Below are positions 38,076 through 48,844 of a stretch of DNA of 64,000 bases, in pieces (the stretch's first letter is position 1; each line of letters begins with the position of its first letter). This DNA comes from an uncultured Candidatus Binatia bacterium. GTDB lineage: Bacteria > Desulfobacterota > Binatia > UBA9968 > JAJDTQ01. The notes below the pieces were generated by a model. The model had not been told where the DNA came from, searched no databases, and saw only the letters and a program-made list of their open reading frames with translations. A program made the position numbers and the translations under genes. The stretch lies in the NCBI GenBank assembly GCA_965215605.1, contig OZ244070.1, forward strand, positions 3,680,001 through 3,744,000, read 5' to 3'.

Positions 38076-40349
38076 ATGACCATGGAAGTCGTCGGCAAAC
38101 GCCGAAACCGCATCGAGGGCATGGAGAAGGTCACCGGCGAGGCGAAGTTCTCGGGTGACCTGGACATCCCGGGCGTGCTCGACGCCCGCGTCCTCCGAAG
38201 CACCCATCCCCACGCGCGCATTCGTTCCATCGACGTGAGCGCGGCGCTCGAAGTGCCGGGGGTGGTGGCCGTGCTGTCCAGGGACGATCTCCGCGACATG
38301 GACCCCTACTACGGCCACTGTCTGCGGGATCGGCCCATCCTGGCCATGGAGCGGGTGCGTTACGTGGGCGAACCCGTGGCCGCGGTGGCCGCCCGTGACC
38401 GGCTGGCGGCCGAAGAAGCCGTGTCGCTGATCCGGGTCGAATACGAAGATCTCCCTTACGTCACCACCCTGGAGGACGCCCTGGCCGACGGCGCTCCGGT
38501 GCTCCACGAACAGGTGGCGGGGTCCGGAGATTTCCACGACGTCGACCTTTCGGATGACCGGGAGCACCGGAACATCTGTCACCATGAGCACATCGAGCTC
38601 GGCGACGTGGAGCGGGGCTTCGCCCAGGCGGACGAGGTCTTCGAGGACGTGTTCCACTTTCCCATGGTGTGCCACTACTCCATGGAGCCCCACATCACCA
38701 CCGCCCGGTTCCACGGCGGACAGTTGACGCTGTGGTCCGCCTCGGCGCACCCGTTTCTCATCCGATCGGAGTTGGCGCGGCTGTTCGGCCTCTCCATGAC
38801 CGACGTCCAGGTGGTGGTTCCCTACGTGGGCGGCGCGTTCGGAGGCAAGTCCTATCTCAAGATCGAGCCGCTGGTGGTGGCGTTGGCGCGCAAGACCCAG
38901 GGCCTCCCGGTGCGGCTGGAGCACTCGGTCACGGAGTCCATGCTGACCGCACGGCGCCACTCCGCCCGCTGCTGGATCAAGACCGGGGTCAAGCGCGACG
39001 GCACTATCGTGGCCCGTGACGTAAAGATCTACCTCGACACCGGCGCCTATGCCGACAACGGTCCCCGGGTGGTGGCCCGTGCCGTGCTGCGGGTTCATGG
39101 CGCCTATCGTTGCGCCAACTTCCGGTCCGACAGCTACGGCATCTACACCAACTCGGTCCCCGCGGGATCCATGCGCTCCATCGGCGGACCCCAGTCCATC
39201 TGGCCGGTGGAAGCGCAGATGGACAGAATCGCCGAGGCACTGGGGCTGGATCCCGTTCGGTACCGCATGGAACATCTGCTGGGCCGAGACGAACAGATCC
39301 GGCCGAACTCCCGCGGCGTCGACGGCGACTTGCGCGAGGGACTGAGCAAGGTCGTCGAGATGATACGGCAGCGGGGAGAGCCTGAAAGGGGCGCCGGCGC
39401 CGGGCTGGCCGTGGGCATCACGGACAGCGAGGCCAACCCCGTCTCCACCGCCATCGTCCGGCTTTTGAGCGACGGCAACGTCGTGGTCATGGCGGGCAGC
39501 ACCGAGGTGGGGCAGGGGGCCCGCACCGTGCTGAGCCAGATCGCGGCCGAAGAACTCCGTGTACCGTTCGAACGGGTGGTGCTGCGCGGCACCGATACCC
39601 ATACCACTCCCTTCGACCGCTCCACCGGCGCCAGCCGTTCCACCACCGTCATGGGAACGGCGGTCAAATTCGCGGCGGCCGACGTGCACCGCCAGATCAC
39701 GGCCATCGCCGCGGAACAGTTCGGCGTCGACCCCGAGCGGGTGGTGGTGAAGGACGGCGCCGCTTGGTGCGGCGAGGCCCGGCGCGGGTTCGCCGAGGTG
39801 GTGGCGGGTTATTTCGGCATGCCCGGCGGCGAGTTGATCGGGCGCGGCTACGTCCGGGCCGGCGGCGGCATCTCGCCGATCCTGCCGATCTTCTGGGAAG
39901 TGGGCATTGGCGGGGCCGTGGTGGCGGTGGACGCCGATACCGGCGAGGTGACGATTCAGCGATACGCCAGCGTGGCGGACGTGGGCAGGGCCATCAATCC
40001 GCGTCAGGCGGAGGGGCAGGATGAGGGCGCCGCGGTCATGGCCATGGGACATACCCTGTTCGAGTCCCTGATCTACGCCGGCGGGCAGCCCCTCAATCCC
40101 AACCTGGTGGACTACCGGGTACCGGGCTTCCGGGATATTCCGCGGACCTTCGAGTCGTGCCTGGTGGAGAACGCGGACGGCCCCGGCCCCTACGGCGCCA
40201 AGGGGATGGGGGAGGGCGGCATCATTCCCGTGGCCCCGGCCGTGTGCAACGCCGTGGCCCAGGCCACGGGGGTTCGAATCCGCGAGCTTCCGCTGACGCC
40301 GGAACGCGTCTGGCGGGCGTTGCGAACGGCCAGTTCGGAAAACCCGTGA
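38076..40349 (+). CDS. xanthine dehydrogenase-family molybdopterin-binding subunit
   Basis: KVTGEAKF, GGAFGGK, EVGQG..T..QI, AINP, GPYGAKGMGE, ELPLTPE. Confidence 0.92.
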   Translation: MTMEVVGKRRNRIEGMEKVTGEAKFSGDLDIPGVLDARVLRSTHPHARIRSIDVSAALEVPGVVAVLSRDDLRDMDPYYGHCLRDRPILAMERVRYVGEPVAAVAARDRLAAEEAVSLIRVEYEDLPYVTTLEDALADGAPVLHEQVAGSGDFHDVDLSDDREHRNICHHEHIELGDVERGFAQADEVFEDVFHFPMVCHYSMEPHITTARFHGGQLTLWSASAHPFLIRSELARLFGLSMTDVQVVVPYVGGAFGGKSYLKIEPLVVALARKTQGLPVRLEHSVTESMLTARRHSARCWIKTGVKRDGTIVARDVKIYLDTGAYADNGPRVVARAVLRVHGAYRCANFRSDSYGIYTNSVPAGSMRSIGGPQSIWPVEAQMDRIAEALGLDPVRYRMEHLLGRDEQIRPNSRGVDGDLREGLSKVVEMIRQRGEPERGAGAGLAVGITDSEANPVSTAIVRLLSDGNVVVMAGSTEVGQGARTVLSQIAAEELRVPFERVVLRGTDTHTTPFDRSTGASRSTTVMGTAVKFAAADVHRQITAIAAEQFGVDPERVVVKDGAAWCGEARRGFAEVVAGYFGMPGGELIGRGYVRAGGGISPILPIFWEVGIGGAVVAVDADTGEVTIQRYASVADVGRAINPRQAEGQDEGAAVMAMGHTLFESLIYAGGQPLNPNLVDYRVPGFRDIPRTFESCLVENADGPGPYGAKGMGEGGIIPVAPAVCNAVAQATGVRIRELPLTPERVWRALRTASSENP

Positions 40350-40388
40350 GGCCCTGAACTCCGGTTTCGGCCCACCGGCAACCAGTCC

Positions 40389-40625
40389 ATGCGGTCAGCC
40401 ATCGGCCTCATCTGGCTCAGTCTTTTCTGGACCCTGCTCTGTTTCGTGTTCTACCGCGACCGGGAACTGATCATTCAGGCAAGTCTGCCGGTGTGGATCG
40501 CCTCGGCGCTTGCGTGGGCGGCCTGCAGAATCGCGGCGTCGTCGCTCCGGTCGGGCTGGCGGCGCCGTCGCTCCAGGCCGTGGAAAGGAAAGAACGCGGC
40601 CAAGCCGCGAAAACGGTCTCGATAG
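40389..40625 (+). CDS. small hypothetical membrane protein
   Basis: Two hydrophobic segments and a basic tail; fills the intergenic gap; weak RBS. Confidence 0.4.
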   Translation: MRSAIGLIWLSLFWTLLCFVFYRDRELIIQASLPVWIASALAWAACRIAASSLRSGWRRRRSRPWKGKNAAKPRKRSR

Positions 40626-40655
40626 GGACGGACCCGTTATCCGTGATGCCGGACA

Positions 40656-41090
40656 CTAGCGGCTGAGCATGAGGTCGATGGACAGTGCGCCCGCGCCGCC
40701 CACCAGCAGCGCCAACGCCATCAGAAACAGCGCCAGACAGTATTCGATGCCGGTGCCCTTGCGGCCGCCGCCGGACACGTAGAACCCGAACTCCCAATGT
40801 CCCTTGTAGAGGGCCACGGCCGTGAAGACCGCCAGCCCCAGGGCTAGGGGGCGGACGAGAAAACCCAACAGCATGGCCGGAACGCTGAGCGCTTCCGTGA
40901 GGATGCCGATGGCGCCGACCCAGACCGGAATGTGGTATTTTTCTTTCCAGTTGCCGAGTTGGCCCCTTGGCCCCCTTCCGCCGAACCAGCCAAGCAGATG
41001 CTGTGAGCCGTGGGCAAAGAAGGTGATGGCCAGACCCAGGCGCAGGACGACGAAAGCCAGATTCGGTTCCGTTTGAAATATTGCATTCAT
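40656..41090 (-). CDS. DoxX-family membrane protein
   Basis: LRLGL..FFAHGSQ, G.EY, GAGALSID. Confidence 0.85.
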   Translation of the reverse strand: MNAIFQTEPNLAFVVLRLGLAITFFAHGSQHLLGWFGGRGPRGQLGNWKEKYHIPVWVGAIGILTEALSVPAMLLGFLVRPLALGLAVFTAVALYKGHWEFGFYVSGGGRKGTGIEYCLALFLMALALLVGGAGALSIDLMLSR

Positions 41091-41191
41091 GGCTGACCCT
41101 TCCTCTGGCGGCGGGGTTCAGACCCGCCAGCGGGACGGCTGCAACGTCGAAAGAACGGATAGGGCCCGGGTATCCGCTGGCCCCGCCCGGT

Positions 41192-41995
41192 TCAACCGGC
41201 CAGGAACTTCCGCATGGCGGCGTGGGCCGCATCCGGGTTCACGAAGAAATAGCTGTGTCTCTCGCCCTGGAGCTCCACGAGGGAGGCGCCGGGAATCCCG
41301 GCCGTCAGCACGTCGGCCGCCTGCCGCAGCGAGGTATCGCTGGTCACGTTGTGCTCCTCTTCGCCCACCAGGATCAGCGTCGGCATCCGGATTTCCTTCA
41401 GCCGGTCCTTGAGGTCGTGCTGCTGGCGCGCGATGACGTGACGAAAATACTGCTCCACCGGGTTGAGATGCGCCATCCGCACCGCCAGGTAGCCTTCCAC
41501 GCGTTGCGGGTAGCGCTTGACGAACGCGTCGGTGAATCCCACCAGGATGCCATGGTCCCGCAGGTACCGCTCGTAACCCCACTCCACCATTTCCCTGGCG
41601 ATGCGCAGGGGAATCCCCTGGTGCGGATTGAAGCCCCGGCCCGAGGCGCAGATGAGCGCCGAGACCCGGTCGGCATGGTCCAGGGCCATCACCTGGGCCA
41701 CCGAGCCGCCCATGGAGTGGCCGCAGACCACCGCGTCCCGGGCGTCCAGATGCTCCAGCACCGCGGCCGCGTCGTCGGCGAAGTCCTTGACGCCGTAGGG
41801 CGCCGACGGCCAGTCCGAGCGTCCCGTGCCGCGATAGTCGCACAGGATCACCTGGTGGTCGCGCGAGAACGCCGGCACCTGATGGAGCTTCCAGACGTCG
41901 CAGTGGCAGGCGGTTTCGCTGAGGAACAGCAGCGGACGGCCGCTGCCGTGGCTTTCGTAGTAGAGCTTCGTTCCGTTCCTTTCGATGAAAGGCAT
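41192..41995 (-). CDS. alpha/beta hydrolase
   Basis: DYRGTGRS, GHSMGG nucleophile elbow, PTLILVGE, C-terminal His. Confidence 0.88.
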   Translation of the reverse strand: MPFIERNGTKLYYESHGSGRPLLFLSETACHCDVWKLHQVPAFSRDHQVILCDYRGTGRSDWPSAPYGVKDFADDAAAVLEHLDARDAVVCGHSMGGSVAQVMALDHADRVSALICASGRGFNPHQGIPLRIAREMVEWGYERYLRDHGILVGFTDAFVKRYPQRVEGYLAVRMAHLNPVEQYFRHVIARQQHDLKDRLKEIRMPTLILVGEEEHNVTSDTSLRQAADVLTAGIPGASLVELQGERHSYFFVNPDAAHAAMRKFLAG

Positions 41996-42005
41996 GGACA
42001 GCGTC

Positions 42006-43454
42006 CTACCGCTTCCGGACCGCGTAGCTCATGGGCGCCACGTCGTCGATGGTCTCGCCAAGGGCGCGCCATTCGGGGACGGAGTCCCACAGGGGTTGAG
42101 CTCCGGCCTGAATCCGGTCCAGTAGTTCACCCTCGTCGAAGCGGGTGGCGCGGCCGTCCTCCAGCAGGGTCTCGCCGTCGACGATGATGGTTTCGATGTC
42201 GCCGCCGCTGCCGCCTTCCACCAGGGATTTGATGGGGTCGCGCACGGCGCCGAAGTGGGTCTTGCGCAGGTCGACGACGATCATGTCGGCCTTGGCTCCG
42301 GGCGCCAGCCGTCCCAGGTCGTCCCGCCCGAGGGCCTTGGCCGCCCCCAGGGTGGCCGCATCGTACACGTCATATGGCTTGCCGGCCCGGAAGCTCCCTT
42401 CCACGAGTCTGCAGGCGAGTCCGGCAAGGCGCATCTCGTGCACCATGTCCTGAGGGAAGGTGTCCGTGCCCAGCACCACGTTGATGCCGCGCTGCCGGTA
42501 ACTGTCGAAGGACTCCAGGGCGATACCCATCTTGGCGTATTTGTAGGGGGCATGGGCCACGGAGGCGCCGCTGTCCGCCAGCATCGACAGGTCGTCGCTG
42601 TAGGGGTAGTGGCACCAGGAGTGCCGGCCATGGAACACACAGTGCCCCAGGATCACCTCCTCACCCAGGAATTCCAGGTCGTGGAGATACTGGATCGGCG
42701 TCACGCCCCTTTGCCGCAGCGTCGACTGGAACTCCACGATGTTCATGGCGGTGTGGAGCTGGATGCCGATGCCCAACTCCCCGGCGATGCGCTTCGTGGC
42801 CTGAAGCAACTCCGGCGTGCAGGTGTCCAGTTGGCCGGGGTAGAGCATGGCCCGAATCCGGCCGTTGAAGGCGCCGTCATGCTTTTTCGCGTACGCTTCG
42901 GCCGCGGCCAGGCCCCGCTCGCCGTTTGCCTCGTCCCAGTCCCATTGGATGCGTCCCTCGTCGTCCAGCACGTAGGCGGCGCTCCGGTAGCCGGCTCCCA
43001 GATAGGCCCGGGCGCCCAGCTCGCCGATCATCTCGGTGAAGCCCTCGATCATCGTGCCGCGAGTCCCCACGTCCAGGATGGTGGTGGCGCCGCCCCGCAT
43101 GGCGGCCCACACGCCGAACTTGCCCTCGACGTCGGCCCGCGGCGGCGGGCCCATGCCTTTGGCGCCGCGCCGCGTGGCGCCGTAGGAAAGGAAGTTCATG
43201 CCGAGGTAGTCTGCCTTGCTGGCGTCGCTCAGCATGACGTGCCGGGCATTGGTGCCCGCGTGAATGTGGCAGTTGATGAGGCCCGGACCGACGAGCCGGC
43301 CACGCGCGTCGATGGTCCGGTCCACCGGCCCGTCGAAACCGTAACCCACGTGGACGACGCGGTCATCCTCGTACACCACCACCCCGTCGGGCAGCAACTC
43401 GTGCCCGCGGCCGTCGTAACCGACGACCCAACCGCCTTGAACGAGTGTCTTCAT
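42006..43454 (-). CDS. amidohydrolase (chlorohydrolase-like)
   Basis: PGLINCHIH, LGHC, LGTD, GRLAPGAKAD; start at MKTLVQGG. Confidence 0.87.
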   Translation of the reverse strand: MKTLVQGGWVVGYDGRGHELLPDGVVVYEDDRVVHVGYGFDGPVDRTIDARGRLVGPGLINCHIHAGTNARHVMLSDASKADYLGMNFLSYGATRRGAKGMGPPPRADVEGKFGVWAAMRGGATTILDVGTRGTMIEGFTEMIGELGARAYLGAGYRSAAYVLDDEGRIQWDWDEANGERGLAAAEAYAKKHDGAFNGRIRAMLYPGQLDTCTPELLQATKRIAGELGIGIQLHTAMNIVEFQSTLRQRGVTPIQYLHDLEFLGEEVILGHCVFHGRHSWCHYPYSDDLSMLADSGASVAHAPYKYAKMGIALESFDSYRQRGINVVLGTDTFPQDMVHEMRLAGLACRLVEGSFRAGKPYDVYDAATLGAAKALGRDDLGRLAPGAKADMIVVDLRKTHFGAVRDPIKSLVEGGSGGDIETIIVDGETLLEDGRATRFDEGELLDRIQAGAQPLWDSVPEWRALGETIDDVAPMSYAVRKR

Positions 43455-43553
43455 GGTGTTTACCTCGAATGCGTGCGTGTCCGGTGTGCTGTACTTGAAA
43501 GACGCGCTGGCTGTCAAATCCGGCGGCTCGTGTCGGGCCGTCTGCTCGCTCCG

Positions 43554-45752
43554 TCAGGCTCGCGCTTCCCCGGCGAGACGCGGGGCGAGGTTGGTCAGCC
43601 GGCGGGTGGAACGGACGTTGTTCACCGCCATGGCCAGGGCCCGGGGCTGGCCGATGATGACCACCAGCCGCTTGCCCCGGGTCACGGCGGTGTAGAGCAG
43701 GTTCCGCTGCAGCAGCAGATAGTGCTGCATGGCCAGGGGGATGACCACGGCCGGGTATTCCGACCCTTGGCTCTTGTGCACCGACGTGGCGTAGGCCAGG
43801 GAGATCTCGTCCAGTTCCCCGAACTCGTAGAGCACGGTTCGTTCGTCGAAGGTCACGTGGAGCTGCCCCTCGTCCAGGTCGACACGGGAAACCTGTCCGA
43901 TGTCGCCGTTGAAGATGTCCTTGTCGTAGTCGTTGACGGTCTGGATGATCTTGTCCCGTGGGGCGTAGGTCCAGCCGTAGCGGCTGACCCTCGGCTCCGC
44001 GCCGGCATTGAGGTGTTTCTGCAGTTCGACGTTCAGCGAGTGGGTCCCCAGGCTGCCGCGGTTCATGGGCGTCAGCACCTGGATGTCCCGGATGGGACTC
44101 AGCGAGAATCGCCTGGGAATGCGTTCGGTCACCACCTGAATGAGCTTGTCGTGGATCTCCTCGGGGGATTCGGCGGGAATGAAGTAGAAATCCTGAAGCC
44201 CCGCGCCGTCGCGGGTTTCGATGAATTCACCCGCGTTGATCCGATGGGCGTTGATCACGATGCTGGAGGATGCCGCCTGCCGGAATATCTCCGTGAGGCG
44301 CACGGTAGCCACTCGCCCCGACTCGATGATGTCCTGCAGCACGGCCCCGGGCCCCACCGACGGAAGCTGGTCCACGTCCCCCACCAGCAGCACGGCCGCG
44401 TGCGAGGGTACGGCCTTCAGCAGTTGATTCATCAGCAGGACGTCCACCATGGAGACCTCGTCGACGATCAACAGGTCGACCTCCAGGGGGTCGGCTTCAT
44501 CCTTGCGGAAGCCTCCGTGTCTTGGATCGAACTCCAACAGGCGGTGGATGGTCCGGGCCTCGGCCTGCGCGGACTCGGACAGCCGTTTGGCGGCGCGTCC
44601 GGTGGGGGCGCAAAGCAGCACCTTGCCGCCGCGCCCTTCGACGATCTTCAGAATGCTGTTGACGATGGTGGTCTTGCCGACGCCGGGCCCTCCGGTCAAT
44701 ACCGTGACCTTGCCGTTCAGCACCACGGCGACCGCTTCGCGCTGCGACAGGGAGAGGCTGAGGCCGGTCAGGGCCTCCACCCACGGGATCGCCCGCGCCG
44801 CGTCGATGGCGCCCCATGGCGGCGGACCCGCCAACAGCCGCCGGAGGCAGCCGGCGACACCCGCCTCGGCCCGCTGAAGGGGCGCCAGGAAAAGCGCCGG
44901 CTCACCGCTGATGGATTCGGCCATCAGGTTCTCGGCCGCTACCTCCAGGGCGATGGCCTCTTCGACGGCCGCGGGCGGGACCTCGAGCAGCGCAACCGTG
45001 CGTTGCACCAACTGCCGCTTCTCCGCCGCGCAGTGTCCTTCCGTCGAGCACTCCCAAAGGATGTGGCGCAGCGCGGCCCGTATCCGGATGAGCGAATCGG
45101 ACGGGATGCCGAGCTTGCGGGCAATGGCATCCGCCGTCACGAAGCCGATGCCGTTGATGTCCAGGGCGAGGCGGTAGGGGTTTTCCCGGATCCGATCGAT
45201 GGCCTGATCGCCGTACACCCGGTGGATGCGCGCGGCCCGCGCATTGCCGATTCCGTGGGAGTGCAGGAAGACCATGATCTCCCGGATGGCCTTCTGCTCG
45301 CGCCAGGCCTCGGTGACCCGGGCCTGCCGTTTGGCGCCGATTCCCTCCAGCATGCGAAGGCGCTCCGGGGTCCGCTCGATCACGTCGAACACGTCGGCGC
45401 CAAAGGCCTCCACCAGTTGATGCGCGAAGTGTCTTCCGATCCCCTTGATGAGACCGGAGCCAAGGTATCTCTCGACTCCTTCAAGGGTGGTCGGGGGCAC
45501 GGACCTCAACGTCTCGGCGCGGAACTGCAGACCGTACGCGGCACTGTTCACCCACGCGCCCCGGCAATCGACCTGCTCACCGGGATTGATCGCCGCGGCG
45601 CTGCCCACCACCGTCGCCAGTTCGCGGCGGCCCCGCACCTTGACTTGCAGGACGCAGAAGCCGGTATCCTCGTTGTGGAAGGTCACACGCTCCACCAGAC
45701 CCTGCAGGTCCTCTGTCCGCATCGGCGGCTGCTTGGCTGCATTGTCCGGCAT
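43554..45752 (-). CDS. recD2: ATP-dependent RecD2-like DNA helicase
   Basis: YLGSGLIKGIG, ENPYRL, TGGPGVGKTT, APTGRAAKR, DEVSM, GDVDQLPSVG, HKSQGSE, YTAVTR. Confidence 0.93.
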   Translation of the reverse strand: MPDNAAKQPPMRTEDLQGLVERVTFHNEDTGFCVLQVKVRGRRELATVVGSAAAINPGEQVDCRGAWVNSAAYGLQFRAETLRSVPPTTLEGVERYLGSGLIKGIGRHFAHQLVEAFGADVFDVIERTPERLRMLEGIGAKRQARVTEAWREQKAIREIMVFLHSHGIGNARAARIHRVYGDQAIDRIRENPYRLALDINGIGFVTADAIARKLGIPSDSLIRIRAALRHILWECSTEGHCAAEKRQLVQRTVALLEVPPAAVEEAIALEVAAENLMAESISGEPALFLAPLQRAEAGVAGCLRRLLAGPPPWGAIDAARAIPWVEALTGLSLSLSQREAVAVVLNGKVTVLTGGPGVGKTTIVNSILKIVEGRGGKVLLCAPTGRAAKRLSESAQAEARTIHRLLEFDPRHGGFRKDEADPLEVDLLIVDEVSMVDVLLMNQLLKAVPSHAAVLLVGDVDQLPSVGPGAVLQDIIESGRVATVRLTEIFRQAASSSIVINAHRINAGEFIETRDGAGLQDFYFIPAESPEEIHDKLIQVVTERIPRRFSLSPIRDIQVLTPMNRGSLGTHSLNVELQKHLNAGAEPRVSRYGWTYAPRDKIIQTVNDYDKDIFNGDIGQVSRVDLDEGQLHVTFDERTVLYEFGELDEISLAYATSVHKSQGSEYPAVVIPLAMQHYLLLQRNLLYTAVTRGKRLVVIIGQPRALAMAVNNVRSTRRLTNLAPRLAGEARA

Positions 45753-45828
45753 GGAAATGATTCAGGGTCGCGGCACGAGGGGCTGGGCTGGTCGCCCGTC
45801 CCGCGGGTCTCGGATCGGACGTCCCGGC

Positions 45829-48321
45829 TCAGCGCTCGCCGTCGCCGAAGAGTTTCAGCGCCTTTTCGATGAGCTTCTGGACCGGATCCTCCTCGTTCGC
45901 CGGTTCCTGCGTTTTCTCCTCGCGCTTCTCCCGGTCTTGCTCGCCGCGCCTGGCGCCGGCTCCGGGGATCAGGTCCAGAATGCCCTTGACGCCCCTGCCG
46001 ACCGTCTTCTCCAGGACGTTCTCGATAAGCCTGAGGCGCGGCCGCAGGGTGACGTCGGGCAGCGTTCCCCTGACATCGAACGGCACCTCGATCTGGTCCT
46101 TGTGGTTGGTGATGGGCGTCAATCTCGATCCCGGAAGGAGATCGGCGGAGAGGTCCTCGGACAGGGTCAGCATGCCGTCGAGCTCAGTGACTCCGTCGAG
46201 ACCGATCCAGCCCTTTCCGGCGATGTCGTAGTCCGTAGCCTTCAGGGTGATCCGTTCGACGACGACCCGGCCGCCCTTCGCCCTCACTTCAGAATCGAGC
46301 TGCTCGAAAGTGGTGGTCTCTTTCTTGAAGACCTTCGGGTATTTGTCCTTGAGCCGCGCGCTGAAAAGGGACGTCAGCCCCGAAATCCCGGTCATGCCTT
46401 GCAGCGCCTGTTCGGCAAGGTTGGCGTCCAGGATACGGCCTTCGGCGACGGCGGCCGTTCCCTTGCCCGCGAGGGTGGGCTTGATGGCATCCCAGGTCCG
46501 CCCTCGTCCCGTAACGGCGAGGTCGGCGTTGAGAGTGCCCGTCACTTCCGGAATGCCCTCGACACCGGCCAGGTATTGCCGGATGTCGATGTCCCGCATG
46601 CGAGCGGCGACATCGAAGCGTGGAGAGGCGCCCCGGAGCTCGATTCCGCCGCTGGCGTCCAGGGAGCCTCCCAGGGTCTTGAGTTGAAAGGATCCCACCG
46701 CGAGACGTTCCTCCGTCACGTCGAAAGCGGCCGTCAGGCCGGTGAACTCGAGCCCCAGAAGGTTCCCCTTGTCGGAGGCCAGACTCCCCTCGAAAGACAG
46801 GCTGGCGTCCCACGTCAGACGGCCGGAGCCCCGCGCGCCTTCCAGCACCCCGTCCTGGGGCTGGAGCCGGAGGTCCGTCAACCGGAGCGAAGGAGATGCC
46901 AGCCGGTAGTTCAAGGTGAAGGGTATGAAGCTCTCCAGGGTCGCCGTGCCGGCGAGGCTTGTCTCGCCCATGCGAAACGACAACTGACGGAGCGTCACGC
47001 CGTGATTGGAGAACTCCACCGCGGCCGAAACCGCTTCCAGGCTTTCTTCCAGGGCGGGCACCTTGACGGCGGCGTCCTGGAGCTTCAGCGCACCATGGAT
47101 GCGTGGGGCGGCGCCGCCGCCCAACGCTCCGGTGACCTCCAGATTGCCCTCTGCCCGGCCGGAGAGCTTGTAGTCCGCCAGCAGCGGCGCCCACCGATCC
47201 CAGCCCTGCAACTCGGCATCCGTTATGTCCAGGCTGAAATCGATGGTTGCCGGACTGCCGAGCCCGATGTCGCCGTCGCCCCGGACGTTCAGCTTGTCCA
47301 GGGTTGCGTCAAGACGCTTGACCGCGATGTCTTCCGGTGTCGCACGAGCATCGACCTCCAGCCGCAACGTCATGCCCGGGGGCTTGTGGATGCCGTCGCC
47401 GTACTTGAGACCGCTGTGCGTGAGGTCCAGGGCGCCGGTGACCGCCATGTCCCTCGGGGTCCCCTTGAGCGCGAGCCCCTGCGCCTGCAAGGTGCCGGCG
47501 AGCCCCAGCGTCTCGGGCCAGGCCGCGGCCATCTCCGGGAGTACCTCTCGCAGAGCGTCCCACGACAGCGTATCGATGTCGACGGTGCCATCGACCGGAA
47601 CGGCCTTCGGCGCACGCCCCACGGGGCCGACGACGCCGTCGAAACGCACGTTCTGACGGTCCTCCAGCAGGGCCGTGGCCAGCGTTGCCTTGAATGGACG
47701 TTCCAGGCTCAGGTCGGCCAGCTCAAGGTCCAGTTCTCTCAGTGCGATCTGACGCCGGCCCCTTTCGTCCCGATAGTGGAGGGTGCCTTCCGACACCTGG
47801 ATATGGGACACGGCGAGGCGGCCGCCGAACCCGGAAACGTCCTCCTGCGACGGTTGCTGCGCCGCTGCCTCGCTGACCGCGAACGGACCGCTGGTCCGGG
47901 CCGCCCCGGGTACGCGATCCGAGGCCAGTCGCGCGCCCAATCCCCTGAAGTTGTAGACGCCGCGTTCGTTGCGGATGACCTGCAGGACCGGCCGCTGCAG
48001 TGCGACCCGGGTCACGGAGAGTCGGCGGCGGAGGGGATGAATCCTGAGATTCACCTGAACGTCGGCGGCCCGGAGGAAATGACCGGAGCCGAAGGCCGGG
48101 TCCTCGCTTACGGAAAGCTCCCGGATCCGGACGCCGATGCCGCCCCGCAGCTTGACGTTGATCCGATCGTAGGCAACTTTCCGGCCGGTGCGTCGCTCGG
48201 CGGCGGCGACGATGCGGTCCTTGTAGGAAACCAGGAGGGAGTCGAGGTTGTAGAGCGCCAATCCTAGCAATGCGGCAACAACTATAATAAGGACCATCAA
48301 CGCGATGATGAGTTTCCGCAT
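45829..48321 (-). CDS. AsmA-family protein
   Basis: N-terminal TM anchor, AsmA/Chorein-like N-terminus, long amphipathic beta-strand repeats, C-terminal PFDVRGTL. Confidence 0.8.
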   Translation of the reverse strand: MRKLIIALMVLIIVVAALLGLALYNLDSLLVSYKDRIVAAAERRTGRKVAYDRINVKLRGGIGVRIRELSVSEDPAFGSGHFLRAADVQVNLRIHPLRRRLSVTRVALQRPVLQVIRNERGVYNFRGLGARLASDRVPGAARTSGPFAVSEAAAQQPSQEDVSGFGGRLAVSHIQVSEGTLHYRDERGRRQIALRELDLELADLSLERPFKATLATALLEDRQNVRFDGVVGPVGRAPKAVPVDGTVDIDTLSWDALREVLPEMAAAWPETLGLAGTLQAQGLALKGTPRDMAVTGALDLTHSGLKYGDGIHKPPGMTLRLEVDARATPEDIAVKRLDATLDKLNVRGDGDIGLGSPATIDFSLDITDAELQGWDRWAPLLADYKLSGRAEGNLEVTGALGGGAAPRIHGALKLQDAAVKVPALEESLEAVSAAVEFSNHGVTLRQLSFRMGETSLAGTATLESFIPFTLNYRLASPSLRLTDLRLQPQDGVLEGARGSGRLTWDASLSFEGSLASDKGNLLGLEFTGLTAAFDVTEERLAVGSFQLKTLGGSLDASGGIELRGASPRFDVAARMRDIDIRQYLAGVEGIPEVTGTLNADLAVTGRGRTWDAIKPTLAGKGTAAVAEGRILDANLAEQALQGMTGISGLTSLFSARLKDKYPKVFKKETTTFEQLDSEVRAKGGRVVVERITLKATDYDIAGKGWIGLDGVTELDGMLTLSEDLSADLLPGSRLTPITNHKDQIEVPFDVRGTLPDVTLRPRLRLIENVLEKTVGRGVKGILDLIPGAGARRGEQDREKREEKTQEPANEEDPVQKLIEKALKLFGDGER

Positions 48322-48430
48322 AAGAGCGTCCGGCGCCTCTGAAAATTGAATCTACACCATCATGCCGGGGAACTGAAGGTGCCGGCCGGGTGGAAGGGGA
48401 CGCGCGCGCGTCGACGACGGAGGTCCTGCC

Positions 48431-48844
48431 TTGAAACGGTTCGTATCCGAACGTAGGGTCGAGTTCGCGGACTGCGACTCCGCGGGAATCGTCTTCTATC
48501 CCAACTTCTACACATGGTTCGACCGCGCCACGGAGCGTTTGTTCGCCTCCGTCGGCCTGACCTACCAAACCATGCGCCGGCAGCACGGCGTCGTCGGACT
48601 TCCGCTGCTCGAAACCGGCGCCAAGTACCTGCGCCCCTGCCGCCACGGCGAAGCGATGCGCCTCGAGAGCTGGGTGGATGAGTGGCGCGAGAAGGTGTTC
48701 GTGGCAAAGCACCGGATCGAGTGCGCCGGCGAGACGGCCGTGGAGGGTTACGAGACCCGCGCCTGGGCGGTGCCGTCCGAGGCTGCGGGCCGTTCCATGC
48801 GGGCCGCGCCCATTCCAGAAACGGTCCGGGAGCTCTTTCAGTGA
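48431..48844 (+). CDS. 4HBT-like hot-dog acyl-CoA thioesterase
   Basis: FADCDSAGIVFYPNFY.WFD motif. Confidence 0.87.
   Translation: MKRFVSERRVEFADCDSAGIVFYPNFYTWFDRATERLFASVGLTYQTMRRQHGVVGLPLLETGAKYLRPCRHGEAMRLESWVDEWREKVFVAKHRIECAGETAVEGYETRAWAVPSEAAGRSMRAAPIPETVRELFQ

Noticed and set aside
43554-45752. recD2 as a marker of a prophage or defence island
   Set aside because: Composition is host-like and the neighbours are metabolic or envelope genes, with no integrase, phage or defence genes.
42255-45872. 1205-aa plus-strand ORF, and similar long ORFs at 5553-8420, 15403-18285, 38010-40052 and 45445-48267
   Set aside because: They lie antisense to well-supported genes (recD2, suf, bamA, Mo subunit, asmA) and have no recognisable motifs. 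Long shadow ORFs are expected in high-GC DNA.
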